From Candidatus Poribacteria bacterium (GTDB lineage Bacteria > Poribacteria > WGA-4E > PCPOR2b): a stretch of DNA of 64,000 nucleotides. Made by a program: the position numbers and the translations under genes. Under the pieces are notes generated by a model, which was given only the letters and a program-made list of their open reading frames with translations, was not told the origin of the DNA and did no database searches. Every line of letters starts with the position of its first letter. The first letter of the stretch is position 1. The stretch is taken from the NCBI GenBank assembly GCA_965116925.1, contig OZ220744.1, positions 2,624,001-2,688,000 on the forward strand. Reading direction: 5' to 3'. Positions 38,006 through 48,547 of the stretch are shown here, one piece after another.

Positions 38006-38941
38006 TCACGGCTTAAAGGGCTCTCCTGTTCGACGCAGCTCTTTGGTGATGGCAAGTTGGCAAGTCACGTAACCGCTTTGGCTATATCCGCGGCGGTTCA
38101 AGGCACCAGCAGCGTATCCCGGCCGCGCGTCGGCAATCGTGCCAACAATGAGGTTCGCGTGTTCAGCCGTCGTGTCATAGCGGTCCGCAATCAATCCTAC
38201 CATGTTTGCCCAGGCAACTTTCAGGGCTTCCTCCCAAGTCGCGCCCTTACCAGCGGTGAGGATTTCATCGGTTGCCTCTACCAACGTGGTGGTCTCTACC
38301 ACAGGATTACTGGTCGGGAAGCCGGGCGAGCGATCTACCTTTAGGGTAATGGCAGAGTCGATTTCGACCCCGGTGCCGGTTAACTCGCCGTCCCCCATCC
38401 GGGCGTGGACATCGCCGAAAGAGAGATAACCGCCGGGTCTCTGAGCGCGAATGTGTAGGGTGCTGCCGGGTTGGACGGAGTTAAAATCCATATTGCCGCC
38501 CAGATCTAGGGCACCCGCATGTGGGGCGACCTCTTCTAACTGAACGACCCCAATCATCGGTCTAATCGGTACCACAAAGTCCGGTGGGAAATGGACCAAT
38601 CCGTCTCGTACCGGAGCAATTAAACGCACGCTCCCCCAAAAAGGACCGCCGTTGCGGTAGAAGCCGTAAGGTCCCACCTCCATGTCGATAATTTCGATTG
38701 CAATCCAATCGCCAGGCTCGATACCTGCAATCAGGAATGGGCCACCGGGACGAGACCCACGTGGCGTGGTGATATCTAACGGAGTCCCCGGCTTGAGCTC
38801 CCCTGTGATGCTGATGTCCTGATCGTGTCCGCCGACTGTTTCAATGATGACGGTTTCGCCGAGTTCTAGGGTGCCTCTGACTTGACCGCGTTCGGGATCA
38901 TCCGGACCTGTATAGTAGGGTGTTCGAGTGAAGTGTCGCAT
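38006..38941 (-). CDS. Acetamidase/formamidase family protein
   Basis: GPFLIAGIEPGD, PMIGV, GGNMD, FGDVHARMGDGELTGTGVE. Confidence 0.9.
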   Translation of the reverse strand: MRHFTRTPYYTGPDDPERGQVRGTLELGETVIIETVGGHDQDISITGELKPGTPLDITTPRGSRPGGPFLIAGIEPGDWIAIEIIDMEVGPYGFYRNGGPFWGSVRLIAPVRDGLVHFPPDFVVPIRPMIGVVQLEEVAPHAGALDLGGNMDFNSVQPGSTLHIRAQRPGGYLSFGDVHARMGDGELTGTGVEIDSAITLKVDRSPGFPTSNPVVETTTLVEATDEILTAGKGATWEEALKVAWANMVGLIADRYDTTAEHANLIVGTIADARPGYAAGALNRRGYSQSGYVTCQLAITKELRRTGEPFKP

Positions 38942-39104
38942 AGTTTTTTTCTCCTTCGTTTAGGCTTGTGTGAATCTTGGCTTCCATTGTAGTTTAATTT
39001 AAATGCACCGTCAACAGCATTGTGTCGTTCCTAGAAATTACTTGCCTTCAAAAAGGGATTGAGGGTATACTGCCTCTGATTTTTCATAGATGATCTAGTT
39101 CGAC

Positions 39105-41726
39105 TTGGATAAGGAGCAGATTTTGCGTCAAAAAAATTGTGCTATTTTCATCGGAATTTTTAGTTTACTGCTAGTAGGTTCGATAAGTGCACAGATTATC
39201 AGCCCGGAGGAAGCGATCGGCTTTCCTGTCGGGGCAGACTACAAGTTGGCGCGTTGGGAGACCATCACCGGCTATCTGCGATCGCTGGCTGCGAGTTCGG
39301 ATCGGGTGATCTTGGAGAAGCGTGGTAAAACTACCGAAGGACTCGACTTTGTGTTAGTTCTGATATCTTCGCCGGAAAATTTGGCGAAGCTCGACCAGTA
39401 CAAAGCGATTCAGCAAAAACTTGCCAATCCGCAGGGACACGACTTGACGGAGTTGGAGCGGCTGACGCAAGAGGGAAAAGCGGTCGTCATGATTAGCTGC
39501 AACATCCATTCAACGGAGGTCGCATCGTCTCAGATGTCGATGGAATTGGCTTACCAATTGGCGACGGAAAACACACCGAAGGTTGAGGAAATTTTAGAAA
39601 ATACGATCCTCCTGCTGATTCCGTCCGCAAATCCTGACGGATTGAACATGGTGGTCGATTGGTATGAGCGCACTGTCAATACACCGTATGAGGGCGCACG
39701 GATGCCATGGCTCTACCACAAATACACGGGGCACGATAACAACCGAGATTGGTTCATGCTGACGCAGGTTGAAACGCAGTTAGTGACTCAGATTCTCTAC
39801 GAGGAGTGGTTTCCTCAGGTGGTCTACGATGTGCATCAGATGGGGAACAGAGGGGCGCGGTTCGTGATTCCGCCCTATTTTCATCCCATCAACCCGAATA
39901 TCCCGCCGCTGTTGCAGCGTGAACTTGCCCTAATCGGTGCACAGATGGCACTGGATCTTACGTCGCAGGGTTTCACCGGCGTGCTGTCGAACGCGGTATA
40001 CGATATGTGGTGGCACGGTGGTTTCCGCACAGTGCCGTATCGGCACAACATGATTGGTATTTTGACGGAGGCTGCCAGCGTCAACATCGCCTCACCCGTT
40101 TTTCAACCGAGGTCGAGTTTGTGGGGGCATCGACGGGGTTTGAGCGAGTATGCGCAGCAGACCAACTTTCCTGAACCGTGGCCCGGCGGTTGGTGGCGGA
40201 TGCGCGACATTATCGACTACGAGCAGGCGGCGGCGTATTCAATAATGTCGATTGTTGCCAAGCAGCGGGAGATGTTTCTGACCAATTTTTATAAGATGGG
40301 ATTGGACGCTGTTGAGAAAGGTGAGAAGGAGCCGCCACGGGCATTTCTTGTGCCGACAGATCAGCGGGATATGGATACCGCACTCAAGATGCTGCGGATT
40401 TTACAGCGTGGTGGCGTGAGGATCCATCAGGCGGACGCGAATTTCACGGCGGATGGTGTCGAATATCCTGCGGGGACTTACGCGGTATTGATGGCGCAGC
40501 CGTTTCGAGCACACGCCAAAGATCTTCTTGAGGTGCAATACTATCCTCGCCGGATCCCGGCCCCCGGTGCATCGCCGGAGCGTCCGTATGACATCGCGGG
40601 TTGGACGTTGCCGTTACAGATGGGCGTTAAAGTCATTAAGGTGGTCAACGCGTTTGAGACGGACTTAACGCTCGTTGAGGAGATTCCGAAAACGGTGGGC
40701 AAACTCCACACTGATGGCGTTGATTTCCAAGATGCGGTTGCCTACGTTTTCAAAAATCAAACGAACTTAGAAACCGTAGCACTGAACCGATTGCTCCAAG
40801 AGGACAGATGGACCGTCTATCAGCAGCAGAAAGAAACCTTGTGGAAAGATTTGGACCTGCCCCGTGGGACGATTGTCCTTAAATCAGGCCGAATACCGGG
40901 GAGCGATTCCGCCGAATTGCGTGATCTTTCTGAATCGCTTGGGATTGAAATCTACGCGCTCAATCAACGTTATGTGGACCTCAAAGCAAAGTTGAGACAG
41001 CCACGCTTGGGGCTCTATAAGCCGTGGGTGGCGAACATGGATGAGGGCTGGACGCGCTGGGTGCTGGAGGAGCATGAGTTTCCCTATCGCAATTTGACAG
41101 ATGCGGAGATCCGCGCAGGAGATTTAGCTGAGTGGTATGATGCAATCATCCTGCCCGATATGAGGGCGTCAGGGATGATTGAAGGACACGCAGAAGGCAG
41201 CCTCCCGCCTGAGTACGTGGGCGGCATTGGGTTGGAGGGTGCAGCGAACCTTCGCACTTTTGTTGAACAGGGTGGTACGCTTATCTGTTTGAACTGGGCG
41301 ACAGAGTTGCCAATGAAACATTTTGGGCTGGAGATCACTAACGCTTTGGAATCGAATCAATTGAATTCGCAGAAATCGGCTGGGTCGCAGTTTTTCTGCC
41401 CCGGCTCACTGCTGCGCGTTTTCATTGAAACGAGTCATCCAATCGGTTACGGTTTGGAGCGTGAGATGGCGGTCTTTTTCAAGTCAGGACCGGCGTTTGA
41501 GGCGCGAGGTGGAAAAAGGGTCGCGGCTTATCCCAACTTCAACCCACTCATGAGCGGCTGGATTGAGGGGGAGAAACGGATTCGTCAGAAAGGTGCGCTC
41601 TGGGATATCAAGTTGGGAAAAGGGCATGTGATTCTGTTTGGCTTCAAGCCACAACATCGGGCACAGTCGCACGGAACATTTAAGCTGTTATTCAATGCGA
41701 TTTACTATAGTGTCGTTGGCAAGTAG
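39105..41726 (+). CDS. Secreted M14 zinc carboxypeptidase-family protein
   Basis: Signal peptide; NIHSTE, NPDG, YHKYTGHDNNRDW, DVHQMG. Confidence 0.9.
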   Translation: MDKEQILRQKNCAIFIGIFSLLLVGSISAQIISPEEAIGFPVGADYKLARWETITGYLRSLAASSDRVILEKRGKTTEGLDFVLVLISSPENLAKLDQYKAIQQKLANPQGHDLTELERLTQEGKAVVMISCNIHSTEVASSQMSMELAYQLATENTPKVEEILENTILLLIPSANPDGLNMVVDWYERTVNTPYEGARMPWLYHKYTGHDNNRDWFMLTQVETQLVTQILYEEWFPQVVYDVHQMGNRGARFVIPPYFHPINPNIPPLLQRELALIGAQMALDLTSQGFTGVLSNAVYDMWWHGGFRTVPYRHNMIGILTEAASVNIASPVFQPRSSLWGHRRGLSEYAQQTNFPEPWPGGWWRMRDIIDYEQAAAYSIMSIVAKQREMFLTNFYKMGLDAVEKGEKEPPRAFLVPTDQRDMDTALKMLRILQRGGVRIHQADANFTADGVEYPAGTYAVLMAQPFRAHAKDLLEVQYYPRRIPAPGASPERPYDIAGWTLPLQMGVKVIKVVNAFETDLTLVEEIPKTVGKLHTDGVDFQDAVAYVFKNQTNLETVALNRLLQEDRWTVYQQQKETLWKDLDLPRGTIVLKSGRIPGSDSAELRDLSESLGIEIYALNQRYVDLKAKLRQPRLGLYKPWVANMDEGWTRWVLEEHEFPYRNLTDAEIRAGDLAEWYDAIILPDMRASGMIEGHAEGSLPPEYVGGIGLEGAANLRTFVEQGGTLICLNWATELPMKHFGLEITNALESNQLNSQKSAGSQFFCPGSLLRVFIETSHPIGYGLEREMAVFFKSGPAFEARGGKRVAAYPNFNPLMSGWIEGEKRIRQKGALWDIKLGKGHVILFGFKPQHRAQSHGTFKLLFNAIYYSVVGK

Positions 41727-41731
41727 ACGTG

Positions 41732-43186
41732 CTATTGCCGTGTCGTTAAACCCGCGTAGATTTTTCGTCCTTCATTAAACAGGTGTAAAATTTCCTCTCG
41801 TTGTTCATCCTTGGTGAATTTGCCGATTCGACTGATCCAGTCGATAGAATCATCAATTGAGCGGACAAAGAACGCCGCGGATTCCTGTGCGATGCCGGGC
41901 GGAAGGCCCGTGCCAATCTGCACTGGACTGGTATGTGCGTATATCGCCTGTGCAAAGCTATCTCGTGCGTCGCCATAGGCCCGTGCGGCGATCCAACCAT
42001 CTGCTTCAACTTCGAGGTCAAATCCCCACTCACCGTTCTGTTGCGGCGTTTCATTGAACTCCTTACGTTGCGCGACGCTGCCGTTTTGGATTAACTCTAC
42101 ACGGTTAATTGGATAGTGCGAATTCCACGAAATCACTCCTGATAGTTTGCGGGTACTCCCATCTGGGGAGTCAATCCGTCCACCGGGCATTGTGCCGTCA
42201 ACGGTAAGAAATAGTGCAGGTCCGTTCGTAATAAATGTATTTCCTTCCTGCAACCCCCGCAACCAGTTATCGTAGGTAAATTCCTGATCTGTTTGGACAT
42301 AGACACGGTTGTTTGAGCAGATAAACCAATCGGTGCCGGTTGATGCTGGCAGCGACATACCACAGTTGAGCAGATGATACCAGATGTCATATTCCGGATC
42401 CATCCAGTATGGGTCGAAGAGGTTAAAGGCGTCTAGCTTGCCCAACGCTGCTGCGACCGGTGCCTCCATCCCAATCCCGTTGTGGCACCACAGCACGATG
42501 CCTCCTTGCCGTTTTGCATCGTCGCAGGCGTAGCAGAGCGGTGGGTAATCCGGATCGAAATCGCTGACGAGATCGCCGCGACTGACCGGTTCCACCACAT
42601 TGCGGATACGCAGCAGCATAATATGTCCGTAAGCCATTCCGCCCCGTCGGTAGTTGTGCCGATTCTCTTCTCCGCAGTCCACCAGATGATGGGCGGTCGA
42701 GTAGTCCGTCATAAACCCGATAGGGTACTTGTTGCTGGCGTAGGGTAACTCACGCCGCTGCAGGATGCTCACCACAGTTACGCTCAGATCATGGACTTTT
42801 GGATCGAGGTCTAGGCGGGCGTCGGGCTGCATCTCGTTCTCGCTGTAGTGGAGGTGTGTGTTGCCCGGATACCAACCTTGCGAGGGGAGATCCGTCCACC
42901 GTTTGAGCTGTAACTCGACATCAACGTGCCCTTTTTGAGGGGCTGAGACCACTTTCCGCAACGGTTCATACTCTGTACCCCGTTCCACGATAATATCCGT
43001 TGAACCCCGCGGGACATCCACCGTAAACTCGCCTGCGCTATAAAAGAATGGGTCGCCGGGACCCACTTTTAAGATGCTATCAGCGGGATGCACAAAATTT
43101 CCGCTGCTTGTCAGTACATGCACTTTTGCCTCGACCGGCTCGCCTGAAACGCTGTCTCGGATGATTCCGTGTAGTGTTCCCATCAA
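41732..43186 (-). CDS. CehA/McbA-family PHP-like metallohydrolase
   Basis: VERGTEY, GWYPGNTHLH, WYHLLNCG..PASTGTD, G.TFITNGP, AHTSP. Confidence 0.8.
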   Translation of the reverse strand: MMGTLHGIIRDSVSGEPVEAKVHVLTSSGNFVHPADSILKVGPGDPFFYSAGEFTVDVPRGSTDIIVERGTEYEPLRKVVSAPQKGHVDVELQLKRWTDLPSQGWYPGNTHLHYSENEMQPDARLDLDPKVHDLSVTVVSILQRRELPYASNKYPIGFMTDYSTAHHLVDCGEENRHNYRRGGMAYGHIMLLRIRNVVEPVSRGDLVSDFDPDYPPLCYACDDAKRQGGIVLWCHNGIGMEAPVAAALGKLDAFNLFDPYWMDPEYDIWYHLLNCGMSLPASTGTDWFICSNNRVYVQTDQEFTYDNWLRGLQEGNTFITNGPALFLTVDGTMPGGRIDSPDGSTRKLSGVISWNSHYPINRVELIQNGSVAQRKEFNETPQQNGEWGFDLEVEADGWIAARAYGDARDSFAQAIYAHTSPVQIGTGLPPGIAQESAAFFVRSIDDSIDWISRIGKFTKDEQREEILHLFNEGRKIYAGLTTRQ

Positions 43187-43364
43187 TTTTCTCCTTCATC
43201 GTGATAACGCAATATAGTCGTTTTCCAATAAATTAGGACGCGGATGATTATAGCATTGCATACTGTTTTGGTCAAACTGTTAGAAATTTCCACTAGGGTC
43301 GGGATTCGGAGATCCCTCCTACAGGGGCACTAAATTTCCCTAATATTCCTGTTGAAACAAAAAA

Positions 43365-43609
43365 TAGGACTTACGCAGTTGGTTCATAAGTCCCCCTGAT
43401 TTTCCCAAGTCCCCCTGACAAGGGGGATTTAGGGGGTTAAAAATAAAGAAAATTTCACGCCACGTGCTGAATTGGCGTAATCTTGGATTCAAATGGGGCG
43501 GATAAACATGGTTGCACACAAAGTTCTATCCTTTTTTCTCTTTTTATCAGCGATAATCAGCGCAATCTGCGTCCCTATCTGCTTTTAGAACTGAACTGCG
43601 TAAGTCCTA
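43365..43609. mobile_element. MITE family B
   Basis: Perfect 16-bp inverted ends TAGGACTTACGCAGTT / AACTGCGTAAGTCCTA within A-runs. Confidence 0.8.
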
Positions 43610-43676
43610 AAAAAAATTAGATTAAGCGAACCTTTCTGCTCTGAACATCGCCTATTAGAGTGGAGGAGGTAATAGA

Positions 43677-45179
43677 ATGAATCAGATACCAGATACAGAA
43701 CTTATTAAAAAAAGTATTGATGGCGATGGTCAAGCCTTCGCAGCCTTAATAAAGCGCGTTGAGACACGACTTCTAAGACTTGTCAGAGCGGAGATAGCGG
43801 ATCTGACATACGCCGAAGATGTGTTGCAAGAGGTGTTGTTGGACGTGTGGCGCGGCTTGAAGCAGCTGCGAGATTGGGAACGCTGGGACGCATGGGTGCT
43901 GCAAATTGCCCGACACCGGTGCTACGATTTCTTTGGGTCGGCACAGCGTCGGGAGGAACCGATGGCGCACAGCGACCTTGAGCCGATAATCGACAGGCAG
44001 AGTGGGCACAGTGGTATTGAATCTGAATTGCTCGATTCGGTGCTAAATGTACTGTCTGAAGCACCACCGGACCAAGCTGAAGCCGCCCGCTTATTCTATG
44101 TTGAAGGTTTGACCATCAGACAAATCTCGGTGGACTTGGAAAGACCTGAAGGGACCATCAAACGATGGCTTTCCAATGCCCGCAGTTTTGTCAGGAGCCG
44201 TCTGGGATTGAGAAAAATAAGAACTCAAAGGAGAAAAACTATGGCTTTTGAAGCATTTGAACTTGAACGCAATAAGCGTGAAATGTTACGCACAATTGCT
44301 GCTTGTCGTGAAGACAAAGCAGCGTCGATTCACCTGAAGCCTCTGGCTGGAAAAACGCCCCCCGATGAGTTATGGCTGCTGACTCACTTGAGAGAGCTCT
44401 GGTTGCGTGGAGCTACGATTAAGTATCTTCCAAAGGAGATTGCTCAATTGAAGGAATTGGAGCAGCTTGATTTATTGAATACCAAACTTCAAAGGTTGCC
44501 AAACGAAATAGTATCCTTGTCACGCCTGCGATACCTAGAGGTGTTTGAAAGCCAAATTACAGAATTGCCGGAGGACTTTGGCCGTCTTGGTTCATTGCGG
44601 GTGATTATTTTGGAGCGCAGTCATCTACGGGAATTGCCTGATAGTTTTGCGAAGATGAATCGGCTTGAGATTATCGAGATGAACGACAACCGGTTGGAGA
44701 GGTTGCCGGACGATCTCAGTGGTTTAACTAATCTGCGCGTCCTAACCTTGGGCAACAACCGTCTGTCGGTAGTGCCTCAATCAATAGGTGAGCTCACTGC
44801 TATGGAGGAGTTGTACCTCGGAGCGAATCAGTTGACTGAGGTGCCCGACGAAATCGGCAATCTTGAGAGGCTTGAGACGTTCCAAATAACAAGGAATCAG
44901 GTCCGTGCGCTGCCATCGACGATTGGTCGTTGGAAAAACTTGCGACACCTCGCGGTGGAATCCAATCAATTGACTGAGCTTCCGCCGGAGGTTGGCCAAA
45001 TGACGGAACTGATAGAACTCGGCGTTAGCAACAACCAGCTGCGTTCTTTACCGAAAGAACTGGCAGATTTGCCGAACTTGGAGGTTGTGAGGATACACGA
45101 TAACCCGCTTCCAGAACGGTTGATCGAGGCGGCAAAAACGGGAGTCGATGAATTCCGTCAGGTGCTATTAGAAATGTGA
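43677..45179 (+). CDS. ECF sigma factor fused to a leucine-rich-repeat domain
   Basis: Sigma2 AEDVLQEV..W, sigma4 GLTIRQIS..LERPEGTIKRWL; then ~11 LxxLxLxxNxLxxLPxxIGxL repeats. Confidence 0.9.
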   Translation: MNQIPDTELIKKSIDGDGQAFAALIKRVETRLLRLVRAEIADLTYAEDVLQEVLLDVWRGLKQLRDWERWDAWVLQIARHRCYDFFGSAQRREEPMAHSDLEPIIDRQSGHSGIESELLDSVLNVLSEAPPDQAEAARLFYVEGLTIRQISVDLERPEGTIKRWLSNARSFVRSRLGLRKIRTQRRKTMAFEAFELERNKREMLRTIAACREDKAASIHLKPLAGKTPPDELWLLTHLRELWLRGATIKYLPKEIAQLKELEQLDLLNTKLQRLPNEIVSLSRLRYLEVFESQITELPEDFGRLGSLRVIILERSHLRELPDSFAKMNRLEIIEMNDNRLERLPDDLSGLTNLRVLTLGNNRLSVVPQSIGELTAMEELYLGANQLTEVPDEIGNLERLETFQITRNQVRALPSTIGRWKNLRHLAVESNQLTELPPEVGQMTELIELGVSNNQLRSLPKELADLPNLEVVRIHDNPLPERLIEAAKTGVDEFRQVLLEM

Positions 45180-45204
45180 CGAAACATGAGAGAATGAAAA
45201 CATA

Positions 45205-45242
45205 CCCGCCCTCAGTTCTCCAATGGCTGAGGGCGTTTTTCT
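45205..45242 (+). terminator. Intrinsic terminator
   Basis: CGCCCTCAG-loop-CTGAGGGCG then TTTTT. Confidence 0.75.
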
Positions 45243-45449
45243 GATCTGTAAGATTTCTAATGGGCGCATTACAGGATTATGTGAATTATATTGAGATTAG
45301 TGAATTATATTGACGGTGCTCTTACATCCCATAACTAGCGTAAAATATGATTGGTGCACAACGCCCACGGGATGCCTCAACTATCAGCACCTCCAGAAAT
45401 ATGAAAAACGACCCTGAAGATGTAATAAACGTGAAAGGATGAAGTAAGT

Positions 45450-46742
45450 TTGAAATTTGGTGAAGGATTTTTTATTGGATTCACAGCCATTCGTACGAAC
45501 AAGATGCGTTCCCTTTTGACAATGATTGGGATCGTCGTTGGTGTGGCTTCGGTGCTGTCAATGATTGCTATTGGCGACGGTGCCAAGCTTATCATTCTTG
45601 ATTCGTTTGAAAAGATTGGTGGTGCCCATCACTTCCGCCTAAATCGCAACCCATGGATCAAAAAAGATGGTCGCTGGGAACCCAATCGCAGCGGCGAATA
45701 TTTGACATATGAGGATGTGCTTGCGATTGAAGCCGAATGCCCATCTGTCTCTAACGCGTGGTGTCGCATTAATTACTATAATATCCTTGTCCTTGCCAAT
45801 GGTGGTGCAGAGAAACGGACAGGAGTGATTGGTACTATTCCCCTCTATGAAATTGGGATGAGCTGGGGACCCGAACGGGGTCGATTTATTTCTGAAGCCG
45901 ATATCGCGAATCGAACCAAAGTCTGCGTTCTAGCAACAAATGTGTCAGAGGCATTATTCGGCGAAGAAGATCCGATCGGTGAGGAGGTTAAGGTTATCCT
46001 AGATTACGAGGGGTGGTCGGGCGGTTGGCGACCCAATCGCGTTGCCGAGCGATTCAAGGTTGTAGGCGTGATGCGACAGCGGGGGAAAGTCCTCGGTGGC
46101 TCATGGAATCTTGACGATCGTTTGTTTATCCCCTTAACGACCATGCAGGAGCGATTGTCGGGCGATCATCATGTCCGGTCATTCTCAATCCAAGCAAAGA
46201 GCGTGGATCACATTGACCAAGCGATTGATGAAGTTAAAGCGGTGCTGAGAAAACGACATCGCAACCAAGACGATTTCTTTAAGATCGATGTGCCGAAGGC
46301 AAAATTTGCCCAATTCGAGAAGGTGAGTAGACTTATTAAAATCGTGCTTGGAGGCATTGCTGGTTTTTCGTTGCTCGTCGGTGGTATCGGTATCATGAAC
46401 ATGATGCTAGTGTCGGTAACCGAGCGCAGCCGAGAGATTGGATTGCGAAAAGCACTTGGTGCGAAACGCAGAGATATTTTGTTCCAGTTCTTGGTGGAAG
46501 CCGTTTCTATGTGTAGTGTTGGCGGGTTGCTCGGTGTTGGACTAGGCATCTTTGCCGGGCAGGGCATGGCGAATGTCGCTGTAAAGATCGCTAAGGTTGT
46601 TCCGGAGTGGCCTGCCGTGATCTCGGTTCAATGGATGGTTATCTCGGTTGCCTTCTCGGCAATGATTGGCATCTTTTTTGGGGTGTATCCGGCGATCAAA
46701 GCGGCACGACTTTCCCCCATTGAAGCGTTACGGGCAGAATAG
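45450..46742 (+). CDS. MacB/FtsX-family ABC transporter permease
   Basis: NKMRSLLTMIGIVVGV, SLLVGGIGIMNMMLVSVTERSREIGLRKALGA, YPA.KAA.L.PIEALR. Confidence 0.93.
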   Translation: MKFGEGFFIGFTAIRTNKMRSLLTMIGIVVGVASVLSMIAIGDGAKLIILDSFEKIGGAHHFRLNRNPWIKKDGRWEPNRSGEYLTYEDVLAIEAECPSVSNAWCRINYYNILVLANGGAEKRTGVIGTIPLYEIGMSWGPERGRFISEADIANRTKVCVLATNVSEALFGEEDPIGEEVKVILDYEGWSGGWRPNRVAERFKVVGVMRQRGKVLGGSWNLDDRLFIPLTTMQERLSGDHHVRSFSIQAKSVDHIDQAIDEVKAVLRKRHRNQDDFFKIDVPKAKFAQFEKVSRLIKIVLGGIAGFSLLVGGIGIMNMMLVSVTERSREIGLRKALGAKRRDILFQFLVEAVSMCSVGGLLGVGLGIFAGQGMANVAVKIAKVVPEWPAVISVQWMVISVAFSAMIGIFFGVYPAIKAARLSPIEALRAE

Positions 46743-46783
46743 GGGCTCCTCCGAAATCGGGGCCTGCACCATAATTGCTGTAT

Positions 46784-48415
46784 TCACGATTGGTTCGCAG
46801 CTGGCGGAGGGATATTTTTGATATATTGCTCGATCCCTTTGGCGATCGCTGTTGCTAGCTGACGCTGGTATGTCTTTGTCGTAAGTCTCTTGCCTTCCGT
46901 TGGATTTGAGATGAAACCTACCTCAACAAGCACTGCGGGCACTTTTGTGCCGATGAGAACCACAAAAGGGGCATGTTTAACACCCCGGTCCCTCACCTGT
47001 TTTCCTGATGTCAGCTGCGCTTGAATCAGTTCTGCCAGCCGGCGGCTCTCCGTGCTTTTGCTTTCCTTTAGGATTCTTCCCACAAGCGCATCCAATTCCT
47101 TCATGTTGTACTCTGCCCCTGCGTTTTCGCGCATGGCGGTGATTCGGGCGGATTCGTCGGAAGCGAGGGCGAGGTAGTAGGTTTCTATGCCGACCGCCGA
47201 GCGGACGATGCTGGCGTTGGTGTGGATGCTGATAAACAGATCGGCTTTTTGGTTTGTTGCAAACTGTGTCCGTTCTCTGAGTGGGAGAAAAACATCGGTT
47301 TCACGCGTCAATCGGACCTTATACCCTTTCTTAACAAGGATGTCGCGCAGCGTTCTTGATAGGCTGAGCACAATCTGTTTTTCTTGCCTCTTTTGACTCA
47401 CGGCACCGGGATCTTTACCGCCGTGTCCTGGATCAATAACGATGGTTTTGACACTCAGGCCTAGTTGTTGTGCAAGCGACGGATCGGGGACAGGTTGTGG
47501 CGTTTTTGGCGGTTCAGGTGTAGGTTTGGTAGCCTTCAGCGGTGAGACTGGTTTCTCCTCAGCGGGAGGCTTCTGAGGTTTAGCCTCGCTTGCTGAACGG
47601 ACGGTTTTGGGTTTAGCACCGCCTTTTTTTGGTAGTGGCACGTTAGCGACAGGTTGCGGTGCTTTTGGGGGTTCAGGGGGCGGAGGCTCGGTCACTTCCG
47701 GCGGTGGTTTAGGCGGATTCGGTTGAACGACTTGGAGTGATTCCGGGGGCGTAGGTTCTGGTGGAGAATCGACAGGTGCTTCCTCCTCGGTTTGTTCGGT
47801 ATCAAGGCGTGAAGCTCGTTTTTCGGCTTGGGTGACGATCTGGAGATCTTGGCTTCGCTGGGAGAGTGCTTCGTATGTAACGCGCGCGAATGTGAAGTAA
47901 CCTTGTGCTTCGTAGGCTCTGCCGAGCCGCAGCTGTGCCTTATCGGCGAGCGCGTGGTTGGGATAGCGACTAATGATTGTTTGATAGTATGGCACCGCTT
48001 TGTCGTGATCTTGAAGGCGATCGTGGCAATCTCCTAGCCAGTAGTGCGCCTCGGCTGCGTGTGGTGAATCGGGGTAATCTTGGAGCAGTATCGTGAGTGC
48101 GGTGATTGCGTTGTCAAGTGCCGGCTGTTCGTTTCGTTGTCCCAACCAGAGCCAGCAGGAGGCGATTGCGTATTGAGCATCGTCCGCCCACTCCCCTTCC
48201 GTATCTGCGTCTATGGTCCCCTGAAATTCTTCAATCAAGGACTCCCATTCTGCTTTAGTAGATGGGATCTCTCCGTGTGCGAGTTGGTAATGCTTGGCTG
48301 CGGCCACACGATAAAGGGCTGATGCGTCCGGCGGTGGCGGTGCAGGTGGCATTGCGGGTGAGCAAGCAAGCAGCAGGGATCCGAGTAAAATAAGGGTGTA
48401 TGTATAGGTTTTCAT
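46784..48415 (-). CDS. Lipoprotein N-acetylmuramoyl-L-alanine amidase with TPR domain and Pro-rich linker
   Basis: Lipobox LLLAC; TPR-like repeats; IVIDPGHGGKDPGA, FISIHTNA, AVLVEVGFISN; start moved to ATG 48415. Confidence 0.88.
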   Translation of the reverse strand: MKTYTYTLILLGSLLLACSPAMPPAPPPPDASALYRVAAAKHYQLAHGEIPSTKAEWESLIEEFQGTIDADTEGEWADDAQYAIASCWLWLGQRNEQPALDNAITALTILLQDYPDSPHAAEAHYWLGDCHDRLQDHDKAVPYYQTIISRYPNHALADKAQLRLGRAYEAQGYFTFARVTYEALSQRSQDLQIVTQAEKRASRLDTEQTEEEAPVDSPPEPTPPESLQVVQPNPPKPPPEVTEPPPPEPPKAPQPVANVPLPKKGGAKPKTVRSASEAKPQKPPAEEKPVSPLKATKPTPEPPKTPQPVPDPSLAQQLGLSVKTIVIDPGHGGKDPGAVSQKRQEKQIVLSLSRTLRDILVKKGYKVRLTRETDVFLPLRERTQFATNQKADLFISIHTNASIVRSAVGIETYYLALASDESARITAMRENAGAEYNMKELDALVGRILKESKSTESRRLAELIQAQLTSGKQVRDRGVKHAPFVVLIGTKVPAVLVEVGFISNPTEGKRLTTKTYQRQLATAIAKGIEQYIKNIPPPAANQS

Positions 48416-48443
48416 GGTGCTCTCTAAGATGCGCTGGTTGTGA

Positions 48444-48547
48444 GTGTTGGATTTCACTCTCACTGTCCGTAAAAACATGGTGCTGAAAGGCATAAGTGCT
48501 ATTATCCTTAATAGCGCGGGACTTTCCAACGTTCAACCCAACCTACA
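48444..48547 (-). repeat. ~105-nt structured long REP variant
   Basis: Reverse complement aligns by eye with 23267-23370; its GTAG includes the rsmA stop codon. Confidence 0.75.

Noticed and set aside
48416..48529. Longest-ORF N-terminal extensions of the amidase, pgeF, coaBC, nusG, phyH, rplJ and rplL
   Set aside because: They run through repeats or upstream genes; downstream ATGs fit the RBS position or the family N-terminus better.
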